Shown here piece after piece: positions 48,974 through 61,770 of a stretch of 64,000 nucleotides of DNA (positions are counted from its first letter, which is position 1; each line of letters begins with the position of its first letter). The stretch is from positions 1,426,001 to 1,490,000 of the forward strand of contig CP145410.1 of NCBI GenBank assembly GCA_036867785.1, written 5' to 3'. The notes below the pieces were generated by a model. That model was not told the origin of the DNA. It worked only from the letters and a program-made list of their open reading frames with translations, and made no database searches. Source of the DNA: Plasmodiophora brassicae. Taxonomy: Eukaryota. A program made the position numbers and the translations under genes.

Positions 48974-50311
48974 CTAGGTGGACGATTTACCATCGACGGG
49001 GGCGTCGGCGTCGCCGGTGGGGGGTGGGGGCGCGGGCGGGCCCCCATCGGCGGCCTGCTGCGGGGCCAGCGTCTTGAGCAGGCGGAACAGGCCGGCGGCC
49101 TCCCGGATCCGGCTGAAGTCGATGCAGAAGGCCTGCACCTCGATGAACAGGTCCTGGACGCGGATCACCTTGTTGCGGATCAGCGACGTCAGGAAGACGC
49201 AGAGCAGGCGGACGAGGCGCGTCTGCAGGTACTTGTCCTTGATCTTCTCGCAGGACGCGATGCAGTTGGAGATGTACAGGTGGACGAACTCCTGCGGCAG
49301 GTCCACGGACGTGGTCAGCTTGTTGACCACCTCCATCGAGTGCAGCGACATCTCCATGTTGACCAGGACGGAGAAGTACTCGGTGATCTGCGGCGACGAC
49401 ATCAGCTTCAGGAGGACCTCGATGGCGATCGCCGGGTTCTTGTCGACCAGGTCGGTCAGCTTCTTGGGCAGCAGGCCGCAGTGGTGGACCAGCTTCGGGT
49501 CCCCGTTCAGCATGGCGACCAGCTGGTCGGTGGCCGACGCCGGCAGCGCCTCCTTCAGCGCTCGTTGCATCAGGGCGCGCACCTCCGACCCCCTGGAGGC
49601 ATCCAGGCAGGTGGCGTAGTCCCAGAGGAGGTCGTGCGACGGGTACAGGTCGATCCACATGGCGTCGAACGCGTCGACCGTGGAGATGTGCCCGGGAGGG
49701 GGCGCTGGACGCGACAGGCGCGGCACCAGGCCGCCGGCCGTCAGGTCGTGATCGACGGACAGGTCCGACAGCGACGTCGACTTGTTGTCCTGCACGGCAC
49801 GCAGCGACGTGGAGACGGCCGCGGACGCGAACGGGGCCACACTGCCGGGATCCGACGACCTGACGCGGACCGCGTCCTGGAACGCGACCAGGTCGTCGTT
49901 GACGATCGGGCGTGACTCGCGGAACGATGACAGGAAGGTGGCGGGCGATAACGGTTGCAGTTGGGATTGCTGGCGGCGCAGGAGGAGCAGGGCGAAATGT
50001 CGCTCGGCGTTGGCGCCGACGGACGGTGACGTCGACTCGACCAGCAAGGGCAGGAATGGATCCTGGAGCATATCGCACCGCGACAGGTTGACGGATGCGA
50101 TGCAGTAGAGAGCGACCAGGCGCTGGGGAGCAGTCAGGAGGCGGTCGTCGAGGAGGACGCTGAGGGCGGCGCCCGCGCGGAACGCTAGGGCCGGCGTCGG
50201 GAAGCGCCTGTCGAACTGTGCGCATGTCGCCGATAGCGGTGCGCGGCACGCGTCCTCACCGAGCGTGGCGAGCAGCGCGTCGAGCTGGTCGTGGTTGAGC
50301 AGCGGCTCCAT
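48974..50311 (-). CDS. CNOT11: CCR4-NOT subunit 11 (DUF2363), intronless
   Basis: [72 protein letters not shown]. Confidence 0.96.
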   Translation of the reverse strand: MEPLLNHDQLDALLATLGEDACRAPLSATCAQFDRRFPTPALAFRAGAALSVLLDDRLLTAPQRLVALYCIASVNLSRCDMLQDPFLPLLVESTSPSVGANAERHFALLLLRRQQSQLQPLSPATFLSSFRESRPIVNDDLVAFQDAVRVRSSDPGSVAPFASAAVSTSLRAVQDNKSTSLSDLSVDHDLTAGGLVPRLSRPAPPPGHISTVDAFDAMWIDLYPSHDLLWDYATCLDASRGSEVRALMQRALKEALPASATDQLVAMLNGDPKLVHHCGLLPKKLTDLVDKNPAIAIEVLLKLMSSPQITEYFSVLVNMEMSLHSMEVVNKLTTSVDLPQEFVHLYISNCIASCEKIKDKYLQTRLVRLLCVFLTSLIRNKVIRVQDLFIEVQAFCIDFSRIREAAGLFRLLKTLAPQQAADGGPPAPPPPTGDADAPVDGKSST

Positions 50312-50865
50312 GCGATGGGCAGCGATCAGCACATACACTCAGGATGTGCGGCGGACTGCGTAGCGAGCGACAGCGCTGCATGCACCAGCTGGTGGTATTG
50401 TTGCCTACCTACTGTATAATACATAGATCGGCCATGTCAGTCGTGCAGGCGACGCCGGCTCGATGTGCGCAAGCAGCAACGCAGCTGCCTGTTACGGTGC
50501 ACACAGTTCGATCAAAACTGCCTTCCTACCGACGGCCTGCAGCGGCATCACAGTGGGGGATCTCGTTCAGTACGCGTGGCATTGCACTCCTGGTGGTACA
50601 TGATCATCTAGGCGCCGTTGCCACCAACTCTACTGCCTGTGCTGTCTGCTGCCATCTGAGGTTCGGTCCTCTCCCAGGTGCGTGTCTGCCAGCTCAGGTC
50701 TCATTTTTTTCCCAACGTGGCCGACGTGTATTTTTAGGATGGTGCGACCTTTGGAATCTATTTCCACGCCGCGGCACACGGCCGACCCAACCAGTTGCCG
50801 TCGACGACCGTCACCCCTGATCCTGCCTGTTGCCGACTGGTCGGGCCCGCGACCCGCCGTCCGCC

Positions 50866-51546
50866 ATGGTACGTGTGCCGCAGGGTGCCGTTTACCGGGC
50901 CGCGAGCATGATACGGATACTGTGACCCGTGTAGTCGAAGACGCTAGCGCCGTACCTGGCCGCCGTCCGCCAGTCGTTGACGGCCGCCCTCTGCATCCGA
51001 AATTTCCCATCGCAGAAGATCGAACGGCACAACAAACCGGAAGTCGAAGCACGGTACCAGCCATATGTTGGACGCGGGGGCATCCGTCATAATTCAAACC
51101 CGTGTGTCAGGATGAACCCGGAGCTCCTGTTGACACCGGTCGTTGTGTCGCGCAACGAACGCGAACGGACGCTCATTGAGGGATCCATCAACTCCGTTCG
51201 CGTTTCCATTGCCATCAAGCAGGCCGACGACCTGGAGATTGTCCTTGCCGATCGGTTCTCGCGATTCCTCATGCAGCGGGCTGAGGATTTCCATATTCTG
51301 CGGCGGAAACCGGTCGATGAGACGTTCACGGTGCCCACCAAATCAGGCGGTACAGAGCAGAAAAAGTACGATATCAGCTTCCTGATCACGAACGTCCACA
51401 CTGAGGACATGTACAAGGCCAAGCTGATCGACTTTATCATCGAGTTCATGAACGAGATCGACAAGGAGATCAGTGAGATGAAGCTGAACGTCAATAGCCG
51501 AGCACGTGTGGTCGGTGAACTGTTCCTGCAGCAGTTCGTAGCCTAG
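50866..51546 (+). CDS. ARPC4: Arp2/3 complex subunit 4 (p20)
   Basis: ATG-only first exon with introns 50869-50934 and ~51054-51110. Motifs: [35 protein letters not shown] and [11 protein letters not shown]. Confidence 0.96.
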
Positions 51547-51675
51547 ACCGTCCTCCGTCCGTCCCCGCCTCACACGTGCCCGCATGCATTCAGTCACCTA
51601 TCTGTCCCATAAAGGAAAGTCCACATACTCTCGTACGTACTTGTATTGCGCTTTCTAGGGTTCGTATCGGCCGGT

Positions 51676-52101
51676 TCAGTACAGGTTGGCGCTGATTGCC
51701 GTCAGGTACCGTCTCCATGTCGATGGAAACCTGTTGAACGACGATGCGCGCTGGAGCGAGCCTGTGCGCCCGATAACGACCACCCTGTCATTGAACTGGA
51801 CGTGCTTGGCTGGACGACCTTCGTTACCGGTTTCCTGCTGGCCACCATCGCCTGTGCGTAAGCATCCCCGCCGTGCGATTCCGCCGTCTGCCTTTACTGG
51901 GCTTTGACAGCGAGGCGGGGAGGCGGTCATGTCGTCATTGTAGGTGCTGCCTTCCGATCTGGAATCCGGCCACACCCCTTCATCATCTGCGTCGCCGCTA
52001 TGCAGGTCGGCAGACCATTCCTCATCATCCGAATCGGGCATGAGGGCATGGTGGTCTGACTGCAGGCATGATGGCAGCAGCCATCGTAGCTGCATGACCA
52101 C
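51676..52101 (-). CDS. Hypothetical small protein
   Basis: Acidic/low-complexity ORF ending in a KHVQF (RVxF-like) motif; no family was recognised. Confidence 0.3.
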   Translation of the reverse strand: MVMQLRWLLPSCLQSDHHALMPDSDDEEWSADLHSGDADDEGVWPDSRSEGSTYNDDMTASPPRCQSPVKADGGIARRGCLRTGDGGQQETGNEGRPAKHVQFNDRVVVIGRTGSLQRASSFNRFPSTWRRYLTAISANLY

Positions 52102-52347
52102 GATCCGGAACGGGCAGATCAGGGAACTGGCGCCCTACGACATGGGGACGGCCGTCTACTGCCCTGCGACCGTGTGATTCTCGAACGTTCCGGAACGCGT
52201 CATGACGTACGGGTTCGCGGGGAGTTGGGTAGGCGGATTCCATGACCTGAAACTCGGATCACGGTACCGATATATATACTCGATCGGCAATGAATCTGCC
52301 TACCCGGTCAAGCCCGTATCGGTCACACAGCATTTGGGACCATATAT

Positions 52348-53835
52348 ATGACTCGACATGAGTGGTTGGCGTGGATGCTCCTAGGCCTGTTGCCTCGTTG
52401 CCGAGCAATGCTGAGGTTTGCTGAAGGCCCGGCGCAACTGACCGCGCTACCTCCCATCTATTGCCCTACCTGGGACCTGTACATTGGCCCACAGTATGGC
52501 GATGCTGACTTGATGTCCGCGCGGTCACGTCTAGTCTGGTTCGACCACGATCCCTGCGACGCAGGCGCCGTCGCTCAACTCGCAGCACGGATCAACGGCC
52601 GTGCTGTGCTTCTGAGCAACCCGAATGGCATGTGCGCTCCCAGCCACATCTACGACCTATTCCAGGGCGCCAACGCTTCCGCCCTAGCAACGATCGACGA
52701 CTCCCCCGTGCCAACGTATGGCGGTCTTCTGCCGGACGACATCCATGGGAAAATACGGTACCCAGGTACGATGCTGTTCGTGCGGTTTCATTTGGATAGT
52801 GATACAGCCGCCCTCCTGATTCGCACTGTATCGGACGAATCCGCTCCCGGGGTTGTCGTCGATCTGCGCCCCGATTACAATGTCTGGTTGGACATGGTTG
52901 GCGCATGGTGGTATATCGTGCCCGTTTGCGTGCTGCCCGCTCTGTATTACGGCGCCTGCGCCATCCTGGCTTCCATGTACCTGCACATTCACCTGGTCCA
53001 CATCATCAGCAGCGTATCGGAAGGGGCACCGCGGTCACGGGGACGCTCATCCTCCAGCAGGTCTGTGCGTGAAACGGTGCGCCACGTCTGGTCGCAATGC
53101 GGCATCCCGCAGACGGCGCTTCTGATTGAATCGACGACGACCCTGCTTCTATGTGCCAATTCCGCATCCGGTTTCGGTGGTATTGCCAACAGCACCTATC
53201 TGGGGATTAGCCTGATGCAGTCGCAGCTGTCCGGTCTCAGCTGCTCCAGCACGCTGCTGTCAGCCATCTTCTGGCGCCGCTGTCGGAACACGCTGCTGAC
53301 ATTGGGCAAACGTGCAGCGACGCCGTTTGACGGGTTTGCAGAGCAGCACAAAACGCTGGCGACAGCGCTTCTATGGACGCTTGTCGCCTTGCCGACCGTC
53401 GCAGATGTCATTCTAGGGGCTCTGGTCGGTTATCGTATCGCGCAACAGTTCTTTCTCTCGGCCTATACGCTTCTGCTGATGATTATATACGCCGTGATTG
53501 CAATCTACTTTTTCCAGCAGGCCAGGTCTTTCCGCGGGGAAGTCTGCGACGTTGTCAAAGGTATCGACGCCGATATGCTCGCCTTTGTCGTTCGCATCTC
53601 GCGATGGACGACACGCGCCGGGCTGTTTATGGTCTTCACAGTCTGCGTTTTATCCGTCGGTGCTACGATATGGATTTGGACGCCGGTCGGATGGTCGGCC
53701 TTCTGGGCGCTCTGTGGCATTGGTCGAGCCGGGATCTCGTTCTGCCATATCCAGGAGTTCCGGCCACGCAGCCGGACCAAACCCGTGACGACATGTGGCC
53801 ATCCACCAGCGTCGATACCGCTGGGGACCAGATAA
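52348..53835 (+). CDS. Signal peptide plus extracellular domain plus about 7 TM (GPCR-like) protein, intronless
   Basis: Hydrophobic N-terminal leader, a ~160-aa ectodomain (INGRAVLL..GANASAL, PA-domain-like) and seven hydrophobic segments by eye. Confidence 0.65.
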   Translation: MTRHEWLAWMLLGLLPRCRAMLRFAEGPAQLTALPPIYCPTWDLYIGPQYGDADLMSARSRLVWFDHDPCDAGAVAQLAARINGRAVLLSNPNGMCAPSHIYDLFQGANASALATIDDSPVPTYGGLLPDDIHGKIRYPGTMLFVRFHLDSDTAALLIRTVSDESAPGVVVDLRPDYNVWLDMVGAWWYIVPVCVLPALYYGACAILASMYLHIHLVHIISSVSEGAPRSRGRSSSSRSVRETVRHVWSQCGIPQTALLIESTTTLLLCANSASGFGGIANSTYLGISLMQSQLSGLSCSSTLLSAIFWRRCRNTLLTLGKRAATPFDGFAEQHKTLATALLWTLVALPTVADVILGALVGYRIAQQFFLSAYTLLLMIIYAVIAIYFFQQARSFRGEVCDVVKGIDADMLAFVVRISRWTTRAGLFMVFTVCVLSVGATIWIWTPVGWSAFWALCGIGRAGISFCHIQEFRPRSRTKPVTTCGHPPASIPLGTR

Positions 53836-54089
53836 ACCGGTAAAGCACGTTGCGATGAGCAACCGGACAGAGTGGGCGGCCTTGAAATAAATATTTGCGC
53901 ACCGGTACTGGTAGCTGGCGAGTATTCCCGTACGACGTAGTTGCCGCACCGTTCATCGCATGGGCATTTTGCAGGACGCCGTAGCAAGTCCGTGGCGGAT
54001 TGCGTCGAGTCCGACGATTGGCATTGGAACGCGCGCGCCGTCCGCTTTGCAACGCTGCACGTCGCCGACCGGCACGGCCGACATCCAAC

Positions 54090-57000
54090 ATGTCGCACCA
54101 CTTCGCCAAGCCGGAGAACGCTCTGCGCAAGGCTCTAGGTAGGAATGGCAGGCGTCCATGTCAGCACGCCGCTAATGACACTGCTCTAGATCTTGTCAAA
54201 GTCAAGAAGGATGATGCCGCGCTGCGTATTCTTCACGGCATGCTGCTGTCCCGTCGCTACCGTATCTGGCAGCAGACGCACGAGCAGATCATGTTGCTGT
54301 ATGTGCAGTTGGCTGTCGACAACCGCAAGAACGCAAAGGACGGCCTGTTGCAGTATCGCAATATATGCCAGGCAGCGAATGTCGAATCGCTGGAGAAGGT
54401 CATCAAGGAATTCATGCGTCTGGCTGAAGCCAAGGCTACGGATGCGCAGGCAGCGTCGTCAGAGGCAGACGCATTAGCCGAAGGCAATGTCCCTGTCAAC
54501 ATCATCCCGGAGCCTTTGGACGAGTCAATCGGGTATCGTCCCGAGGTCGTGCATTACTTCGTTCCCGGCGTGGGTGGTGAAGATGAGATGGACAGAAACA
54601 AGCGACAGATTGTCACCCCATGGTACTGTAAATGCTGGCGGTATATAGTGCTGGAAACGTATCTAACGAATGTACATATTATTCCAGGTTGAAGTATCTA
54701 TGGGACACGTACAGGACCGTACTGGATGTCATGCGTAACAACGCTCATCTGGACAAGCTGTACCACAAGACGGTTCGCAAGGCGCTCGCCTACTGTACAA
54801 CGCATGTGCGCACATCCGAGTTTAGGCGCCTCTGCGAGATCATGCGTATACACCTCAATGCCATTGTCACCTATCAGGGGCAGCCCAATTCCGTACGACA
54901 ATGCCATACCGTAACGCATGCGGCCGTACTGACGTTGCCGCTATCCTAGGTCGATATTTCGAATCCCGAGACACTGCAGGCCTACCTGCGCACACGATTC
55001 GCCCAGCTCGAGTGTGCGTCTACGCTCGATTTGTGGCAGGAAGCGTATCGGATCATCGAGGACATCCACGAGTTGTTGCTGCGCTCCAAGATCAATGTCG
55101 GCCTGGACCAGTCACTCCTGTCGACGTACTACCAGAAGCTGGAGCTGATATTCTGGAAGTCGTCCAACCCGTTGTTCCACACGTACTGTGTGGACAAACG
55201 CTACCAGTTCGCTTTGTCTCAAAAGGCGGATCCGAAGGAGATTAGCGAGCTCGCTGACCGTTTGATTGTCGCGACCCTGTCGATCCGCCGATCAGCGCGC
55301 AGTGACTCGGCGCGTACCGCGTTTCTGGACGGTCAAGATCAGAAGAACCTTCGTCTGTCGTCGATGCTCGGGTTCCTTGGCCCACCCAGCCGAACGCGTA
55401 TGATGGCCAGGATCGAGAAGGAAGGAATTCTGGCACATGCGTCTCCGATTACCAAGTCTGCTTTCGCCTTAATGAGTGACGGCCGGCCCCGATCGCCGTA
55501 CGTCCTGTCGAAAGAGGCGCGTCCGCTGCTGGAGACGGTTGCTGCCCAGCCGCATCTTGCTCAATACGCACCCAACCTGACCAAAGCGATTCTGCTCATT
55601 GTTCTGCAACAATGCGCTCGTGTCTACAAGGTCCTGCGTCTGGAGTCGTTCATGAAACTGCTCCCCGCTGACATTGCACCTGACGACGTTGAACGCCTCG
55701 TTATCCTATGGGTCAAGGTACGCTCCTAGCTGGCCGTTTCGCATTGTGCTGTGGCGCTGAAGTCGTTGCCTAGGAGCAACTCATTCGAGTTCGCGTCGAT
55801 CACATCCAACGCCGGCTGGCGTTCGATACGGATCCGATGGCAGAGGCCCCGTTTATGGAGCAACTGCCCAAGCTGTCGTCATCTCTGCAGACGTGCGTCG
55901 ATCTCATCCATCCGACCGATCCGGCCGAAAAGGAGCTGCAACGCATGCAGATCTTCCAGCTCGTCAAGCAGGGCATGGACCACGAACACCGCGACGTCTT
56001 CATTCGCACGCAGGTCATTGAGAAGCGCAAACAGGAGAACGAGCTGGCTGCTCAGCGTCGTGAAGTAAGCCGCGTACACATTGCTGGTCCGCATCCGCAT
56101 GTGCTGACTGTGACGTTGCAGTATGATGAGCGTGTTCGCGAGCAGCAACGAAAGCAAAAGAAGATGGAAGAGGAGCAGGCTCGTCTGCAGGAGGAGAAGC
56201 TTCGCCGCGAACGCGAGCGCGAGGAGCGTATCGAGAAAGAGCGTATCAGAGCGGCGAATTTGGCGGCGATTGAGAAGTTGAAGGCAGCCGCTGCGGCTGC
56301 CGGTGGCGGGCAGACGACTGTGGGATCTCGGAAGATCATCGAGACACTCGAAGAGGACTACGAGAACGTCGACCGTGAAAAGCTTCTCGAAGCGCAAAGC
56401 GAGGTCGCCACGCAAGAACAACGTGCCAAGGAGCGCAAGCTCAAGGACGACTTCAAGCGCCTCGACTACACTGCTCGTGCTCTGCGACTCGAGGAACGCC
56501 CATTGCTGATCGAGCAATACGACAAGCAGCGCATCGCCGACCAGGCCTACTACGACGAACAATGGCAGAAGCACGTTGCTGCACATCGTGCCCGCCATGA
56601 GGAGAATGTCGCCGATCGGGAGCGCCTGGCGCGTATGGCAACGTTCCGGGACAGGTTCTACGCGAACATCATGGAGAGGCGCACACGAATCCATCAGGAA
56701 GCTGTTGATGCATACGAGGCCGCCGTTCATGAGAAGGAGCAGGAACGCGCTGCTGAGCTGAAGCGGCTGGCAGCCGAGGAGGCTGAACGCGAACGTCTCG
56801 CCGAGGAGGAGAACCGCCGGCGACTGGCTGAGGAGGAAGCCGAGCGGGAGCGCCAGGCCAAGATCGAGGCGATGAAGGCTGATAAGGAACGCGCCGAGCG
56901 TGAACGCCGGGAAGCATTGGACCGTCAAGCTGAACTGCAACGCAAACGTGAGGCAGAGGTTGAATCCAGGAAGCGTGCTGCCGCGTCTGCTGCTGCTGGG

Positions 57001-57342
57001 GCGCCTTCGGCACCAGCCGATGCTGCCCCGGCAGGCGCTTGGCGTCGGGCCGAGCCAGTTCGCCCAGCTGAAGCCACGCGTCGACCCGAGCCCGAGCAGC
57101 GAGCCTGGCGCCGCAATGACGATGGTCCTCGGCGTCCACCGGCGGCTGCCGGTGGTGCTGGCGCTCGCGACTTTGGCAACCTGAGGTCGACAGATGCGAA
57201 CGCGTCGTCGGCGGATGCGGGTGGGTCGCAGGCCCCGCGCCTCAAGCTGGCCGGGAAGGGCACGTCGGGAACGAGCTGGCGTGACAGAGAGGCGGCGAAG
57301 AAGAACGCTCAGCCCGAGGACGCCAACGATCGGGCCCGATAG
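54090..57342 (+). CDS. EIF3A: Translation initiation factor eIF3 subunit a, multi-exon
   Basis: [80 protein letters not shown] and a charged coiled-coil tail. Confidence 0.96.
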
Positions 57343-57559
57343 GTCGCTGCACATTCTGCGTTCGGACGCTGTTCGGGACCCCTGCTTCTGAAGTCGCAGT
57401 GTCGACACAACCGCTGATCTCTCTCTCTCTCTCCCCAAACAACAATACATCACACGGCTGCATGGTATCATGGGCAACGAACGCCGCCTGCTCACGACTG
57501 TCCTTCCTGTTTACGTTTGGATATGGTTAAGTGGACATGCTGCGATTGGGCCTGTGACG

Positions 57560-58619
57560 ATGAAGTCGCGATGGCATCGACGAGCCTCGCCGTTGGACCT
57601 GTCAGACACCGGCGGGTGATGGCGCACAAGTCACGGGTTGCTGACCCAGATGCAGGTTCTCCTGCCTTCGTCGATGCTCATCACCGCGACCAGGTCCTCA
57701 GGACTGGACGCGCTTTGACATTGCAGGCGACGATCGACTTGGTCGGGCAGGGTGCGCAGGCGCCGATCCTTGGCCAGGTGCGGCCCTGTAAAGAAGTATT
57801 GCATGGGGACGGCCGACGACGCTTGGCACAATACGACCCTGAACGGGTCATGCTGAATACTGGATCCGGGATGGCTAATGGCGGTTCGGGCGGATATGCG
57901 CTCAGGGAGTCCTTGCAGAGTCATCAGCAGCAGAACGACGGACGTCAGATTGGCCTGGCGCCTGGCTTTCCTCGGCAGATCCAGGAGGTACTGGGCGGCA
58001 ACATCAGGCCCGCGATTCACGATGGGGAACCCGCGTCGATCGGTGACAACGCCCGCCTGCAAGGGGCCGACTGGAGTGGAAATCATCAGCCAGTAGAAGC
58101 GCGGCAGAACCTGCACAGGGCCTCATGTCATTGCAGGCAGGCCAACCGAGCACGGGGTCGTACCTCAAGGCAGGCCTGAAGGTGACATTTGCCAATGCCG
58201 CATTGATTGACGAGATCGCTGGCTGTGCAGGGTGTGAATACGGCGTGCGATGGCGGCACCAGGTCAATGTAGACGGCGGACAGGTCCAGGCCCGATCGCG
58301 GCATGCGGCGCCATTCGACAGGGCACTGCGAGCGTTTCGAGAAGACCAACGGGTACACGGATCGAGCGTATTCCATTCGGTGCTGGTCCTCGTCCGAATC
58401 CGGCTCCCGCTGGCGATTGTCCAGGCAGATATCGGACAGCAACGACCCGATGGAGTCGGCGGCGGCGGCGCCCGATTGCCGATCAGACTTCGGAGTGACG
58501 GGTCTCGGGCGTGCCGACCACTTGATCTGGCGAGCGACACGATCATCATCATCATCGACGTCGAACAGCGCCGAACGAGCATTGGCGGTGGCCGGTGAGA
58601 ACGCGACGATGCGGGGCAT
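57560..58619 (-). CDS. Hypothetical multi-exon protein (3' end approximate)
   Basis: Coding-like ORFs 58128-58619 and 57631-58116 are joinable by a GT-AG intron near 58111-58163. Confidence 0.45.
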
Positions 58620-59029
58620 GGGCTACGGGGGCGGCGGGTGTCCGTGTAGTCGACGACGATCCAGTGCAGGGCGCGCTGTTCCCCTGCACGGTTGCTGTGC
58701 TCTACGTGCGTACGGTCCGGGTTGACGACGACGACTTGTTGCTGTTGTTTTCCTGCCCCGGCAGCGACGTGGGATGTGTGTGTGTGGTACCTACAGTGCG
58801 AGGGAGGCGAGAGGCGCCCCGCGTGGTGCGACTTGCAAGTCGCGCGCCCGCCCCGCCCCGCCCCGCCGCAACCCGCGCACTAATTTGCGCGCCAAAAAAC
58901 CGCCCGCCCATCGCAGGGTGAAACCCATGTACTACCAGTGTACAGACCCAGTACAGTGGTGGCACTGTGCCGACCAAATGGTTGCCGGCAGCAGCCCACG
59001 ACACACAGCACGATCGAGCGGCGGCCATC

Positions 59030-59467
59030 CCGCGCACCGCCAGCCCGATTCCCGCGCCATTGCTCGCCCCGAGTGCCCGCTGAAAGCCTGGTTCTTCTCC
59101 AGCTGGTCGTCAACCCCGGCAATGAAGTCGTGCAACTGACAGCAGGGGCGAATGTATATGTGAATATTGCGGTCAGTGCTGGTGCATGGAAGGCAGGCGT
59201 CGGCGAGCAGCCGTCTATGGCCTGGACCTGGGATAGTGACGAAGTTGTTGCCGATCCTGACAACATCTGCTAGTCAAGGTGACGCACGACCCAGTATGAA
59301 GCAGGCCGTGGATGGTCTTGGCATGGTGGCCTGTTACAGAAATGCTCCCGCTGGTCATTCCACGGCGGTATCATCGTCCTGCGCGACGACGACTTTAATG
59401 TTCGATGACGGCCCGGAAGCCCCAGGTCCTGCCCACTGAAAGTCCCATACGGGCAACCGCAGGCCTC
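59030..59467. pseudogene. Decayed duplicate of the 3' end of the glycosyltransferase-like gene plus the 3' end of the convergent CFAP57-like gene
   Basis: 59086-59467 aligns by eye to 62867-63216 (e.g. GGTGCATGGAAGGCAGGCGTCGGCGAGCAGCCGTC in both). 59033-59085 resembles 62786-62847 with deletions. Confidence 0.85.
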
Positions 59468-59929
59468 TGTATGATCGTTACGGTTTCTGTCTGAGGCACC
59501 CCACGACGGATCGCCTGCAACATCTCCTCTCCTTCGGCATCGTCTCATCCCGTCTGTTTCGTTACCATGGGGCCATTGCACATGTGGCCAACAAGCAGAA
59601 CGGCTGCTTCAGTTTGCCGGAATCGACGAGCAGAAGGCTACATAGCGTCAAACCGACCGAACTCGATTACGTCTGGAAGTGTGCCAGTACAAGTTTCATT
59701 TTGATAGCGCTCGTTGAGACATCACCGCCCGTCTGCTCGCAGACGTCCAATTATGGTTGTATTCGGCAGCAGTTCTATTTATAGTCTGTGCGCTTTGTGA
59801 GACCTCGGCGGCGCAGTTTGGAGTGCCTGGTCAGTCAGTGATCAGACCGGTGCACGACGAGACGTACGTCGCGGTGCTGTTCGGCCACATCCACGACCAC
59901 ATCCACGATATCGGCGCCACACCTGGAAT

Positions 59930-61057
59930 ATGCAGGCACGATCGCCGTCCATATCAGAGCGTTTAGCATTGCTCGTGTCGCAGTACGTCAAGCGGCGACG
60001 GCGGCGGCCATCTCGTGCAGCACCTCCTTTAATGCTGCTGCTGTTGGCCCTGTCGCTGTTGCTGGCTGTTGCACTGTTGTGGACATTCCTGGCCCGCCTA
60101 GGACCAGGTTCTGCAGGCGATGATGACGCAGGCGCTATGGGCCATCCTCGAGACCTCTGCCTGGGCATGGCCGTTCGCCTGAACGCTGTGGAGCTGACCG
60201 CCTTCGCATCATCGTTCCGCCAAGTTGCGCCCAGTGCCGAGGCTCGACTGGTCCTATTCACTGACGTCGATTCCATGCCGACCGCATCGCGCATTGCCGA
60301 GGCGTACGACGCCGAATTGGTCGTATTCAACGTCGATGACTTGCAACCGCCTGCAATACGGTCATTCAGCCCGTCAAACTGCCGTTGGTTTGTCATCCGC
60401 CAGTGGTTAACCGAACATGGCGATCGGCTGGATCCATCGTCCCGCATCCTGCTTGCCGACGTTCGCGACACGTTCTTCCAGCGAAACCCGTTCGACATCG
60501 TCGGCGAGCAGCAAGGCCTGTGGGCAACGCTGGAAGCGGGCGGGCCGATTGCTGGCGTACGTTCAGGGGATTGTATGCAACTATGGAGGCGCACCTGACT
60601 GTGATCGTTGCTGTGCTAGTGTGTGTGGAATCGCGGCTGGGTGCAGGACTGCTTCGGTCCAAGTGTGCTGGCCGACGTTGCATCCAAGACGATATCCTGC
60701 TCAGGCATCACCCTGGGCACCATGCGGGCCGTCGTGGAGTACGTCCACCGTATGACGGCGGAGCTCGAACGACGATCCTCCTGTGAGCGCTATGGCGTTG
60801 ATCAAGGTGTCCACAATGTCCTCGTGTGGACCGGCGATATGGCCAATGTGCACCAGATTCGTCCCGATGAGGGCCAGGTTGCCCACATTCAGACGATGGG
60901 CGCCGACCAGGCGGTCATTGTCAATGGGCGCGTTGTGGCCGGTCGGCACCCGGACCGGGTCCCGTTCGCTATTGTGCACCAGTACGACCGACGACAGGAT
61001 CTCAAAGACCTGTTCTGGTCTGGACTGCCATCATTGCCACGTCAATCCCAGGTGTAA
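59930..61057 (+). CDS. Type II membrane glycosyltransferase-like (GT-A) protein, copy 1
   Basis: N-terminal TM; RWF, LLADVRDTFFQRNPF, CSGITLGT, DQGVHN and VHQYDR. Intron 60557-60619. Confidence 0.8.
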
Positions 61058-61770
61058 ACTGGCCACTTACCATCCAGACTATGGGCTTCTTGCTGTCACT
61101 GCTGCTAGGCGCCGGTAGGACCCCATCGGAGCCTGCAACAGCCGCGTGAAATCAGGTTTGTGCCCGGGCGCCGGCAGCCGAGTTGCCGTCGTACCTCGAG
61201 GTGGGCCTAACTGAGTCGGCTGCCTGACGGCAGGAGTTGGCCAGAGTGGGCAGCTGCCGTCCTTGGCGAAGACCAGCGGCGGCTGGGCACGCCGGCGATC
61301 ATGGCGCCGCACCCAAGCGAGGATGACGGCGGTGCCGGGCTTCCTGCGGGCACATGGCTTGATGACTGTGACCAGCAGCGCGCTTTGAGCGCTAGCAGCA
61401 GACGCGCGTGCCCTGCGTCATTGGCTAGGAGCGGTGTAGGGACGCCGGCACATCCCGATGCGCTGCTGGCTGTAAGCAAGGTCGTTCGCTGGTCGGTCTG
61501 GGCGCATCACGATCAGGCCGTTCCCGCCCATGTGACTTGCCGTGCCAGGCGGCCCCTTCCAGACCGGGACTGACCCTTCTCCTCGCGTACCATATTCCGC
61601 CTGCTTTGTTGGGAATTCAACCCCAGGCAAGAAAGCGCGACGTCGCGTCGTATTGGGATTGACTCCGTTGCTATTGGACAGGCGTTCGGGACTGGCCAAC
61701 CGACGCCGTCCACGTGAGACGTCCCCAGTGCTGCTGCCCACTGTTCGATATCGACGTCGAACATTGAAAT

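Noticed and set aside
59086..61029. Apparent circularly permuted duplication (eccDNA-type) with GCC at both ends
   Set aside because: Sequence upstream of 59086 still resembles the GT 3' end with deletions, so a decayed third tandem unit is simpler.
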